64,000 nucleotides of DNA, from NCBI RefSeq assembly GCF_009914755.1, contig NC_060933.1, one strand, 5' to 3'. This stretch comes from the human T2T-CHM13v2.0 reference genome, Homo sapiens. This document shows positions 41,903 to 55,381 of the stretch, one piece after another. The notes beneath the pieces are model-generated. The model made no database searches and was not told where the DNA came from. It saw nothing but the letters and a program-made list of their open reading frames with translations. Each line of letters opens with the position of its first letter. The first letter of the stretch is position 1. Both the position numbers and the translations under genes were made by a program.

Positions 41903-43034
41903 CTTAAGCAGTCTGGCAAAGCTACCCTTTAACCTGTACAAAGAGCTACCGTAACTCGAGGGACAACGCAACCCTCTCGTTTCCACCTGTGTGTACAGCC
42001 GTGGCCCCTTCCCGGCTGCACTGACCAGAGTTTCAAGCTCCTCCCTCATCTCACTCCTGTGATCTCACACCAGATCCATGACATCTGCCCTAAGCACTCA
42101 CTACCACTTACACATCTGCTTTCCCATCTAACCTACAAACTCAAGGCCAACCCTATGCCATGGTCAAATAAATCAGTGGAAGTGTCATACATGTGACCAG
42201 CACTGAACACTCAGGTACCTGTACAAGTGAAGTTCCCTTCATATCCTTCTTTCAGGAGCTCGGGGGGCAGACACCCTGCTTGGTACACCCTGGCTTGCCG
42301 CCCTCACCTACACCCTCACAGCAGGCTCCACGCAACACTTCAACGTTTCACAGCAATTACCCAGGATGGCGCTGCAGGCCTGGGAGCTCGCTCTGGGCCT
42401 TCCTGGGATGGCAGTGGGGTGAAGGGCTTGGCTTTCTGGGTTTTCCATCGATCTCTGGAGGATGCCTGCACACAGCAAGCCTCCCTTACTGGCTGGGAAA
42501 GTCCACAGAGAAGACAGCAAGCAGGATGCACTGGCTGAGGGGTGGGACGGCGTGCTGCTGGGGGGGCTGCCTTCAGGGAACCCTTGTATGACTGTTTCAG
42601 GGAGTGGCTCAATCTTTTGTAGCCCCAATTCTCAGATCTGCCAGATGTTCATTCCCAATGCCCAGACACTGCCACGAGATTTGCTAAACAGATCCCCCTC
42701 ACCTTGCCTTGCTGCTGCCTAGTTTAAGGAGTCATGTTCCGCGCTGACTCCTTCTGGAGTCTTGAAATAGCCTCATCGGCGCCCCCGTGTAAAGTCACTT
42801 TGTGCTTCCACGTGCCCTGCAATAACTGAGCACCTGATTTACACATACACAAATGGCTTTTGTGTCATCACAAAATGTACCAAGTTGGAGAAGTGTCTTC
42901 CTAACCAATCATATAGTGTGTTTAGCCGGTTTTAATTCAACAAGGTGAGGGGCAGACTCCCACAGCATGGTGCCTCTTCCGGGAGACGGCACAGGGCAGC
43001 GGCTGACTGCAAGGTCTCCAGTTGCCCCTCATGG

Positions 43035-43205
43035 CATCTCCGCTTGTGTGCCCTAGTACAAGTGACTGAAGTTCTTGAGCCTCAGCTCAAGCTGTTCATC
43101 TTTAAAACGGGGATGAAAACAATAGCCCCTCCCCCATAAGGTTTCTGCGACGTTCCGCGAGACGCAGAGCGCTGCGTGCAAGTCCTCCGCATGGTGCTGG
43201 TGCGG
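43035..43205 (+). mobile_element. MIR, unusually CpG-rich
   Basis: gagcctcag...tcatctttaaaacggggatgaaaacaatag...cataaggtt follows the MIR core. Confidence 0.6.
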
Positions 43206-44806
43206 ACGACCTCTCGGCCAGCAGCAGCCGTCCTCTCCTGCCCTCCCAACAATCCAGGAACTGCCCTAAATAACAGTACTGGGGCATTCAGTAGGGGCCT
43301 AATACATATTTGCTGATACGTATTTTAGTAGGCACCTAATACATAGTCTAGGCACTGTATTAATTAAGGTGTCTAGAATATTACCTGACTCACAGCAGCG
43401 TCTCAGTTTTGAGTGTGGATGGGTAAGAGACGAACTTCACCCACTGCATGGGTTCAGGTCCAGACACTGGGGAGGGAGGCTCAGGGAAATGACCAGGGGT
43501 GTGGGCTGCCAAGGAGGGGGCAGCTAGCAAGGAGAAAGCAAGGAGAGTCGGCCTCTCTTGGACAAAGGGGCCTGGCCTGCTCTGCCTCTGCCTCTGCAGC
43601 TGTGAGCTCATGTTCTGGTATTCAAGCTATGCAGTCGTGCTGGGACAAGAGCCAAACTGGAAAGGTACCTTCACGGGGCAGGGAGACACAGGGAAAACCT
43701 TCTGATCACCATGAAGCCCTTGCTGTGCCCCTTGGGCTCTGCAGATGCCAGGAGCTGCATCAGGGCTCATGGTCACACCATTTACAACAGGCCCCCATCT
43801 CTACCGATTCCCCAGAGCAATACTTCCAGCCCCTTATGATCACGCTTACCCACAGGGGCAGAGAGAAAGGCAGGGCGGGCCATTCCACAGAAACGCCGCC
43901 TCATCACAGCCTGGAGTTTATTTTAGGATCTGGCTCGTGCCCGGGTTTGCTTCTGACGAGCTGCTGCTCTCTGTGCAGCAGGAACTTTTATTTATAGCCA
44001 GAATAAGACTGTTTGGGCTGAGGATTTTAGAACGGGAAGGGCTGCCTGTCTGAGACTTGCAAACTTCTGCACAAGATCTAGGGGTGCCAGTTAGGAGAGG
44101 GGTGCCTGGCCCCCAATGTCAGCCCTGGTCACATAGCCAGTCGAAACACAGCAGGGACTGCCTCATGAGGACGAGAACAACTATTCCTACCTCATGCTTC
44201 CTGCTAGGCAGATGTAAGTGTTGCACGGATCATCTCAATTAACGTACACACAGTGCCTTACTGTTCTTATTACTGATGAAAATACTGAGGCTGGGAGGGG
44301 AGACCACGTGCCTAATAACACAGCTGGCAAGAGGTGGCGTGGGTATGGCTGATATCACAATCAGTTCGTGTTTTCTGAAATACTGAGGTGTATCCTGGAC
44401 GAGACAGGCCCTAACCATGCAATCCCACAGCTCTGCAGGGTACAGCCTCACCAAATCTGCAGAGTTCCTTAGCTGAGTGCTTTGTGACACCAGGCATGCA
44501 AAGCCCAGTGAGCTGAGACTTGATCCATAAGCCAGGATGGAGAGAGGGGTGCACTGGCCAGAGTGTGGCAGGACAGGCAGGGAAAAGGTGGAATCAGTAA
44601 CCAGCTCCTTTGGAAACACACCCCTGAAAGCCACTGGGCCCCGGAGTCGAAACGATGCTGGAGGCTGATGACCTCATATGTGAGCGTGTGGCCAATTCAT
44701 TAAAAGGCAAAGCTGCCTGAAGCTGGCCAGGCACCAGTTTTTTTTCTCACAAGTAAAATACTTAGAAAAGGCACTAGTTTTCGGTGACACCTTCTCTCTA
44801 TTATAG

Positions 44807-45171
<365 letters not shown>

Positions 45172-46830
45172 CAGGAAAGCAGATCTTTAAAGGAACAATT
45201 CTGAGTCCTCAATATAACAGCCACTCCACTTAATTCCTCTGCTGATCAGGAAGAGCGCGTGCCAGAGGAGGCTGTCTGCTCATCAGCGGCTGAGGGTTAG
45301 GGACACAGGCTGAGGAACCTTGATCAGAATGGTTGCTCCACAGTGACTTGAGCTCCAAGCCCTGGAGAATTGTCAGCTCCACCAGTTACAGCGAAATGTG
45401 GTCATGTAAATGAATGGATTCACTGGCATGGTGAAGTGTTTGGGAAGAGAAGTTGCCAGAAATTGGTCATTACTGCATAATCTTGGCTCAAGTAAGGCTT
45501 ATGACTTCAGAGTTTTTGGATGCTACTTAGCAAAACAGATAAGCTATTGGACAGCTGGTTTTCGGGCTTAAATTTTTATCCCTCATTTGTGAGAAAACAC
45601 ATTCAGGGGAAGCTGCTTTTCTAGTGTGGTCTGGGCTTCCTTCCTCAGCGGAGAATCAATGGGAGCCACAGCTCAGCACTGGCGCTGGGCTCAGAGCACA
45701 TATGTCCTTCAACTAGGGGACTGTGAGCCTCAAAGTGTGGGCCCTAATTTATCTATTCTGGAAGGAAATTGAGCTTTTCACTGATGATGACACCCACGTG
45801 ATTGTCTGGGGAGAAAAGCTTATCTGATTTGATTCTTATAGAGATGGGGTATGACCACTCCCAGGACACCCTCCTGCCCCAGGAAAGGTGCTTGGTAACA
45901 CTCCTTGTTACTCCATTTGGCAAACTATTAGGGATACCTCTGGCTTTGTCTTCTCTTTCCTTACGGTCCCAATTAACTACTGGTTTACACAGTAGGGTCT
46001 ACCTTAGGCCCAGGGGCAACTCCTTTTCCTTGATGCCCTTGTGTTAATTTAAAACAATAACTATACCTTACATAATGTCAAAAGATGAGTTCCAAAGCCA
46101 AGTGGTAGGTTCTGAGGCCAATGCCACATGCACATGAACTGAGATCTGCCACTGACCGTTTTGTCTTTGATCCTGGTAAGAAGGCAGTCCTGTGGGTCAC
46201 ACTGTGTGAATGACAAGATGGCATTCTTCTCACCAAAGAAAGGCAACATTAGCATTATGTTGGGTCCAAAAAATATCTTCTCCCTTTTCAAATAAACTCC
46301 TTAGTGGAGCTTATTTTTAAAAACCACCTGAATATCCTAAGAAAAAAGGATGTAAAAGAACAAAAATGCGTTGCTTGGGAGAAGATGGGTGAATGCAAAA
46401 GTTCCTTATTAAGTTCCTTCTCATGTGATGTATTTTTGCAACTGGAATCACAATATCTCCACTGAAAATACTACGTTTTGGCCAATGGCTTCATGGCAAA
46501 TTAACTCTTGCAAAACCTCCAATACATTCTAGGATGCTCTGTAATTCACTAAGTGTTGATCTGAATAGCATCAACCCTTTATAGAAAGATTTAGTACAGA
46601 CTGAAAAATGATTCAAATTCAGTTCTAGAAGTCTGACAACTATTTTTACTCAGTTTGCATTTCAACAGCCTGACAGGGGCTCTAATTTATACTTATTCTT
46701 AGAACTCTATTTAGAGCCTGTAGCTACACTTTGTAACATGTCAGAACATGAAGGAGAAATACACGCCTCTCAACGTCCAGCCTACACACTTTTCTTTTGA
46801 CCCAGCCTTACGAGATCTCAAAATTTATTT

Positions 46831-46876
46831 GGCAATTAAGCAGTTCAAAAATGGGCAATTAAGCAGTTCAAAAATG
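46831..46876. repeat. Perfect 23-bp tandem duplication
   Basis: GGCAATTAAGCAGTTCAAAAATG x2. Confidence 0.95.
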
Positions 46877-48746
46877 TTAATCTAACGCTGTATTTTTCAT
46901 GATAGGGTTCTGGATTCCAACCCTGGCTCTAGCTTAACTTGGAACAAATGGCTCAGCTTCTCTCTCCTGGCTTCTCCATCTCTAGAACTGCAGTGAACCA
47001 TTTGATCACAGAATAGGAAGGAAGGCCCTCGATAGGGAAACAGTAGCCTGACGTGGAAGTAAAGGCGAGAGGCACTGGACGTGGAACTGGCCCTCAGGAT
47101 GCGTGTCAGTGCACGACCTTTACAAGGAATGGGGATCCTGTGGGTACCAGCCTTCCAAGAAGGTTTGTGTCTATTTCCTATAACTTTATCTTAAAACTTC
47201 TCCTCTGTAATTTTCCCCACCACCCTGACTGAACTCCCACATGACAGTTTGCCTGTCATGGATGGAGTCAGAAGTACAACCACGGCCAGGTGCTACAGTG
47301 ACACTACTGTGCCTGAAGCTGGTCAAGGGGCACCGATCAGCCAAAATGCCAGGCTGTAAACAATAAAGATTCTCAAAGTCTACAACCAGGGGTTGGAAAC
47401 AGCTGCATCAGTGGTTGCTTTTGAAAGCCCCCAATGCGAGGCACTCTCAGCTCTGTTCCTGCTGTCAAGGCTGTGACCAGTCCTGCTGCTGAGATGGGCA
47501 TACTCCCTACTGCCCACAGTAAGGCAAGGCAGGCTCGCTCCTGGGCTCAGGAGGTAACGCCGTCTCCTCCAGAGCTGGGCCTTTCTCTATAGGTGGCTCT
47601 ACGTTATCCCGAGGGTCGCAGTGACCTGGAAGGGGCTCTGGTCTGCATGTACCTCCTTCCACAAGACCAGGTCAAGCTGAGTGGGATCTAATCCAGCCTT
47701 CACACTTCAGAGCAGCACTGGGTCTTTTAGGAAGAGTGGAAAAGCACAGGGGGAACGCACTGCAGGAGCCAAACTGTGTTTCAAGGGCTCTGCAGACAGG
47801 AACTACCTGGGAAACTCTTGAGTCAGACACAGCAGCCAGAGCCTCAGGTCAGTAGGGAAGGAAAATGAGGAAGAAAATGGATTCTTGGCCAGAGCCTGGG
47901 ACCAATGCATCTGTTACATGGGAGCTAGAGGCTAGGCTGCACCAAAGCTGCCAGTTCACAGCCCATCCCCTCTCCTCAGGGGACATGCAATCCTGAGAAG
48001 ACGAACCGGAACATGACACAGGAAAGCAGCAGCCTCCCCCACATGGCGACAGATCTGATGCTAATAGCTCCCTTTCCATGAAATGCTGGTTGTGCGTCAC
48101 GTACTACATGTGTGCTTTTCATCCTTGTAACAACCTTGTGCTCCCACTGCACAGAGGAAAGCGGGGCCCAGGGCACTGGGGCAGGGCGGTGTGCTCAGGT
48201 TCATACAGCAAGTAAGGAGAAAACACGGTGGGGGAGAAGACAGGGTTGTGCAGGAAGGAGAAACTCGTATGTTGGGAAGGGATGAAGGGAAGGCAGTGGA
48301 GGTGTGCAGGGGACAGGTTCGTGGTAAGGTGGGGAGAAGCAGTGTGAGGGCCTCTGAAGAGCCAGGGAAGCTGGCCCTGGTTCTGCAGGGATGTGGCGAC
48401 ACTATAGTCTAGCTGCAGGGTTGAGAAGCAGGGAGGGCCTCTGACTGCAGAGGCAGGAAGGCCAGTCAGGAGCTGCAGTGCATCCAGGTGAGACATGGGG
48501 GTGGGGAGGAAGTGAGTGGCCACGGGCTGGAGAGAAGCGGACCCGCTCAAGGCTAATGCCCTGTGCAGTATCAGCAAGACATGGTGGGATTGGGACAAGA
48601 GGGGCAGGACAAGAGTGAATGGGCACTGCCTGCCTGTCTGCTATGTGCCAGGCATGGGGACTAATTTCTGACCTCAGGGAGCCCAGGGTCTGGTGAGGAG
48701 AGAAGCCTGCACTCAAACAGCTGGAGATCTGTGGAGACTCAACCTT

Positions 48747-48875
48747 GGACTTGTAGATTCTGCCTCAAAGGGTATGAACTTGTAGACTCTGCCCCTGAGG
48801 GTATGGACTGGTAGATGCTAACCCTAAGGGCACAGACTGGTAGACCACACCCTTGAGGGTATAGACTTGTAGACT
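48747..48875. repeat. Degenerate 29-bp minisatellite, ~4.5 copies
   Basis: t(t/g)gtaga at 48751, 48780, 48809, 48838 and 48867. Confidence 0.85.
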
Positions 48876-50007
48876 ACATTGTGCTGCTAAACCCCCAAGA
48901 ATGGAGGACAGTCCAGGAGTCAACGGTGTGAAATAACCTGAAGCACCTACGTACTACGTGAGCTACGCCAGGCCAAGGAGGAACATGCACCAGTGGGAGG
49001 GAGAGGCCTCAAGGGGGCTTCACAACATGGGGACAGCGGCACAGTCCTTTTCCCCAAAGAGGAGCACTCCATGTGGACCGTGCAAAGGGAGGGTCAGACC
49101 AGTGTGTGCACCAACACCCCCCCCCAAGGAGGGGCTGCCTTGAGAAACCCCTCTCCCACCCCCGGCTACCGGGTTCTGCCCACAGATGCTCCCTGCTCTC
49201 TCTCTCAATGTGATCTAGCTCTGACCAGGACAAAAAGCCAATGAGACAAGATGGCATCAGGGAGGAACAAAGGACAAAGGTCAGGATGGCAGGAACTTAT
49301 TTTTTCCAACAGGTGCCGAGAGCCCCATGGACTGTCTTCCACTTCCCTCCCGTGGGCCATTCCGTTTTCCTCCTCCTCTCCTCCCTTCTTCTCTCCTTCT
49401 CTCTCTATCTCTCCCCTTTCCTGTTTGGCCTTTAGGCCCGTCAGTGTGCCCATGGTTTCTGTGATGGCTCATCCTTGGGGATGGTTTGTGGCCAGGAGGT
49501 TGTGGGTAGGGAAGGAGAGAAAGAGTGAGTGAGTGAGAGGCAGATGAATGGGCAGAGTGAAGGAGCCTGCAACAGGTCCCGAGGGGCTGGGCCTGGCATT
49601 TCCCAGCGAGGGGACGCCATGGCATGGGGACTGAGCGTCTGCATGAAGCTCAAGCCTTCTGTTGAGAGCACATGTGCTGATGCACAGAAACCTGGGCCCA
49701 TCTCAGAAAACGACTGTTTTGCCCAGAATGGGATGCCAGCTGCTCTGCAGACCCTTTTAAAAAAATTAAAGTCCTCAAGATGATACACACTTAACTCTCT
49801 TAGCCTGAAGTTTTTTTTTTTTTTTTTAAACAGATGACAGTTATTACAGGCATTTCAATATAACTTCTACTCACAACTTGGGTCTGCTAGCAGTTTTAAT
49901 TATCCAGATTCATTCTGGAAGCCAAGATGGTAAAGAAATATTTCAACAGATTTCTAGCACCCAAATAGATCTCTTAGTGAGAGTAAATACCCATAACTTT
50001 CAGTTAG

Positions 50008-50351
<344 letters not shown>

Positions 50352-50759
50352 GAGGAAGGTGTTTTTTCCAATGCCAACCCTGCAGCACCGGCAGGGCACA
50401 GGCAGCCCTAATGGTTACTGAGAGATTCTGCATCTCTCGGTCTGAAGCCTGTGCAGGGGACGGTTGGAGGGACTCCCTGGGACCAACTCGTGGGAGGTGC
50501 TGGTGAGAGAGAAGCCCAGCAAACAGTCGAGTCCAGGCCCGGCAGAGCCTGCGGATGGGGAGGACTGGCTTTTCCTGGAGTGGAGGTTCTGGGGAGACGG
50601 GAGGGCTGGCTGTCATCATTCCCCTCATTACCTTATTCTAAGTGTTTACATTTGAGATGACCTTCCCGAATGGATGCTGGGCTTCCTGGCCTCCATGCCT
50701 CTGGCAGGTCCTTCTGTTTGGAACATCTTGACTTGCTTTCCCTGTCCTTTAGCTCCTAA

Positions 50760-51266
<507 letters not shown>

Positions 51267-52974
51267 AGCCATGACGCACTCAGACCCAAAATTAATTAAT
51301 ATGTGTGCAGATGTTCTTTGGTTCTGCGCAGGCTTCATGCCCGTCTTCCTCAGCCTGCTGACCTGTGGCCCTGCTTTGCTCGGGGCCATCCTCCTCAACT
51401 GCAAGTCTTTTGCAACCCGGCCTGGAAAAGTTGATGTCCTGAGCTTGCTGAATTAAACCCATCCCTGGTATCAGGGAAGGAGTGAATGAGAATACTTCTC
51501 AGTATCCACCTCCATTTAAATTGTTCCACACAGGTTTAGTGCCCTACAAATTCCCTTGGCAAGAGGTTTTCAATGGTTAGAATCTTTTAGTGGAAATAAT
51601 CGTCCACTGTGCCAAGAACCACGTGAGGTGTCTTCAGATTTGTCAACTGCTGTGTTTCCAAGGGGCACTCCTTCAGAGTTCCATGCTGGACAAACCACAC
51701 AGGCCCAGGAGCAATGAATGAAGAAAGTCAGGAATAAAGGGCCGCTCTGATAGTAATCCAAAGCTCTATGTCTGGGGCTCATCTCAGAATTTAACCAAAG
51801 GATATATGAAGGACATGTTGGCACTGTACTGAATCCCTTCTCTGAGGTTCCGGCATACTGGGTGCTGAATGTCCCAAACCTGGCCATTACTAATGGTTCC
51901 TGAGCTATTCTCCTTTTAATGACATAAGGACCTTATAAGGTCCTTCCCTCAGGCTCCTTGGTGGGCTTTTTGCTAAGAATGCAGTGTTTTAGACACAAGA
52001 TGTCTTAAGGCTCTTGTATGTCCCAGGGATAAAAACTATGACGTACTCATAACCAAACTTAATTAAAATGTCCTCGAATTTAATTTTGTAGCGAACAGTC
52101 CAGTTCATTCATAGTCCTCTAACCCTAACTGCTCAAAAGGGATATTGTGGAAACTCTAAGGGGAAAGAAAACAAAAACAAAAATCTAGCTCAGTCAAGAG
52201 CTCGGATTGTCTAAAGGCCAAGTTTCGCAAGATTTGTGAAAGGAGCTTGCCAGAGGTGCCTCTGAGGAAACCAGGGGCTTCTGTGTGGCCACAGCAGGGT
52301 GAGGGGAGCACATCTTCCCAGCATGAGTAGGGATGCTGGGGGCTCTAAGGCGTGAGGCCTCAGTACCCATTGGGAGAATGCACTCCAAGGTCCTCAGACA
52401 GGCAGGACCATCTTGGTCGAAGGCACTGGGCATTGGACTGCCCACCCTGGGCACAGATGGAAACCAGACAAGACCAAACTGGGAACTTGAGTTTGGATAA
52501 GTCTTTAAAAGTCACTCGGTCCAAACTCATCATTTACAGAGGGGGAAAAAAGGCCAAACAGGTTAACTCTCATGTGTAAAGTTAGAAACAGAACAAGACT
52601 AGAATCCAGAACTCTTATTACTAAGACAATGAGAGCAAGAACAGTAATAAGCTTTCTAAGCTTACTACATACCTAGACATTTCATATAATTTTACTTAAT
52701 TTTCACACTTACAAAATATGAGGCAAGTAAAATCCAGTCCCAAAGGAAAGACGCTGAAGCATCTTTGGCGGGGGGCCATGGGGGGAGAATTGCACTGCCC
52801 AAGGCCAAACTTCTTTCAAGTGGGACTCGAAATTGTTCTAGAGTTCTTTCCCCTGTGCTAAGTTTCATTTTAACAGACGAAAGGGAGAATGGTGGCCATT
52901 TTGGTTCCTGGACATGCGCAGATGCCAGTGAAAGACTCCCCTCTTCAGTGTCAGCCCCTAGGCTTCAGCAGTAA

Positions 52975-53455
52975 ACTGTTTACCCAAATGGCTGCAGCCC
53001 ATTCCCTTCCTGGACCCATGCCCCGTGCAACATGACTTAGTAGCAACTACCATCAAGAGGCAGAAGCAACTTCCCTGCTCCCTGAATCTGGGCTGGCCTT
53101 GTAATTTAACTGAGCAAATGCAATGGAACAGGCATCACACTACTTCTGAGCTGAGGCCCTAAGGGGCCTTGCACGCTTCCATTTGTTATTTTTGGAAGCC
53201 CGCCAGCTGTCATGTGAACAAGCCCAGGCCAGCCTGATGGAAGTGACAGACTACATGGGTCACAGCCAAATCAGCCCCATTGTCTCAGCTCAGGTCCCAG
53301 GGATGTCAGTGAGTTCAGCCAAAATTGGCCAAGCCTGGGCCAGAGCAGCACACCCATCCTGCTACCCCGTGTCCTAAGCAGTGACAAATGCTCACTATTA
53401 TTTTAAGCCACCAAGTTTTGGGTGGTTTGTTATGCAGCAAAAGCAAACTAATACA
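52975..53455 (+). mobile_element. MLT1 (MaLR) solo LTR
   Basis: ccctgaatctgggctggccttgt... and the typical 3' end ttttaagccaccaagttttgggtggtttgttatgcagcaaaagcaaactaataca. Confidence 0.85.
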
Positions 53456-53564
53456 TCCCTGAGAGTCAAACCATCCTGCGCTAGTGAAGCCTGCTCTCCT
53501 CGACCTGGCTTTCTACGTGAGGAATAGTACCACCCATCTACTCATCCATCTCATCTATCTTATC

Positions 53565-53690
53565 TATTTATTTTGAGACAGGGTTTCACTATGTTGCCCA
53601 GGCTGGACTTGAACTCTGGAGTTCAGGTGATCCTCCTGTCTCAGCCTCCTGAGGAGTGGGGACTACAGGTGAGTGACACCACACCTGGCT
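53565..53690 (-). mobile_element. FLAM/Alu monomer
   Basis: Single-arm consensus. Confidence 0.8.
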
Positions 53691-54027
53691 ATATTCCTTT
53701 TTAATCCTGGAACACAGAGGGCTGATCCAAGGTCCAAAGCGAGATTGGGATAAAAAGGCTAAAATGTCTCTGTCAGTTTATGCCAGACTGGTGATGCTCC
53801 CAAGGTGGCCACTCACATTTCCCATGCCTGCCCCTGCCTCACCTGGATGCCTCATGGTCTTTAAGGCCCCAGAGAACCAACCATTCATAGCCTTCCCATC
53901 TAGGTGTAGGGACCCGCAGAAGGGCAGGGGCCGCGACGGGCAGCAGAACACATGGCTGAGGCACACGCTTCCAAGGAACGGCCCTGTTCACGCGTTTCCA
54001 AGTAAAGAACAGCAGGGAGCAACTCAC

Positions 54028-54186
54028 CGAGGGCACGGGCAAGCTGCCGTGCCGGCTGAGAAAGGAGTTAGAGACGGACACACTGAGGCCCTGAGCGGCA
54101 CTGCCGTCCTCGGGGGTGAAGGCCACTTTAGTTTGCTGGACACAGTGGGAGACAGAGGAGAAGGAAGAAGCAGCACAGGAGGCCTG
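54028..54186 (-). CDS. RAPGEF1: RAPGEF1 cassette exon 1 (156 or 159 nt, NAGNAG acceptor): (Q)ASCAASSFSSVSH...RHGSLPVPS
   Basis: Long pyrimidine tract, CAG CAG tandem acceptor, donor TCG|GTGAGT; phase 0-0, stop-free, Ser-rich. Confidence 0.85.
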
Positions 54187-54544
54187 CTGGACAGAGGGGA
54201 GGAGAGAGAAGGCAGGGAAGGAGGGAGAGAAGCAGAGAACAGTCAGGTCCGTGCAGGGAAAGGCCGTGGAGGTTGCTCTCCACATCCTCTAACAGACGTT
54301 CTGGAGAGGGATGGCTTCTGGGCCCAGTTCAGGGACTAAAACCAGCTGCCGAAGGCCATCTGCATGAAAGGGCACCCTCCTTCATTTCCTTACACTAGAT
54401 CCTAAAAATTGTGTCCACTGGAAGCAGGTTGGGTGGAAGGAGGACGAGGGGGCTGGAGCCACACAGAACTGGGCTGACTCTGGGCTTGGAGCTGCTCCTC
54501 TGTGGGGAGTGGATCCATGTGTCATTCACACGTCTTCAGAACTC

Positions 54545-54750
54545 AGACGGGGCTCCGGCAGCCTGGGTTTGAGTCTGGACCCTGCCATTTCTCACCTGTT
54601 TGGCCTTGGGCACTACTTAAAGGTCTCCGTGCCTCAGGTTTTCCATCTGTAAAATGGGGATAACCCTAGTGTCTCCTGTACAGGGCTGTTGGGAGGATGA
54701 AATGGGATGATACGTGTGAAGCACTTGAAATATTGCTTACCACACTGTAC
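54545..54750 (+). mobile_element. MIR
   Basis: ccttgggca...gcctcag...catctgtaaaatggggataa core. Confidence 0.85.
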
Positions 54751-55251
54751 ATGGGCCAACAGGTGTGTGTAATGAGCACCATTTTTGTCTGTGAAGTGTG
54801 GATAACGCTTCCTGCATCTGCATTTGAGAGAGGGTGTGACCAGCAGCTGGCAGGACCTGTCAGGTGGTATGCCTGGGCTGTCATTAGGATTGGGTGTGGC
54901 TCCCAGGTCTTCTGTTTCTAGCTGTGGGCTTGGATTAAGGTTCGCTGGCTCTGTCTGCCTCAATTTACTTATAATGGGGATGCCAGGAGCTGTGGCAGGG
55001 ACCATGTAGAGCCAGATGAGAGCCCTGGTGCTTACCTGGGGAGGTGTTCAACACAGATGTTCCTAACAGGCCTCCGGGGGCTGAGCTCGCCACTGCCCTG
55101 CAGGCGTGGTAGAACAGGTTCTGATTCCACGTGCTCCCTAGGGGTGTCTCCCCAAATATTCAGAAGCCTGTGGACTCCACAGTATGGAGAAGATGCCCAA
55201 GGATGGCAAATGGGCCGAAAATATTTTCAATAAATCTGGCTCAGCAATGGC

Positions 55252-55381
55252 TTTTTTTTTTTTTAGACAGGGTCTCACTATGTTGTCCAGGCTGGTCTTG
55301 AACTCCTGGGATCAAGTGATCCTCCACCTCAGCCTCCCAAGTAGCTGGGAATATAGGCATGTGCCACCACCACTCCTGGCT
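55252..55381 (-). mobile_element. FLAM/Alu monomer
   Basis: Single-arm consensus. Confidence 0.8.
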
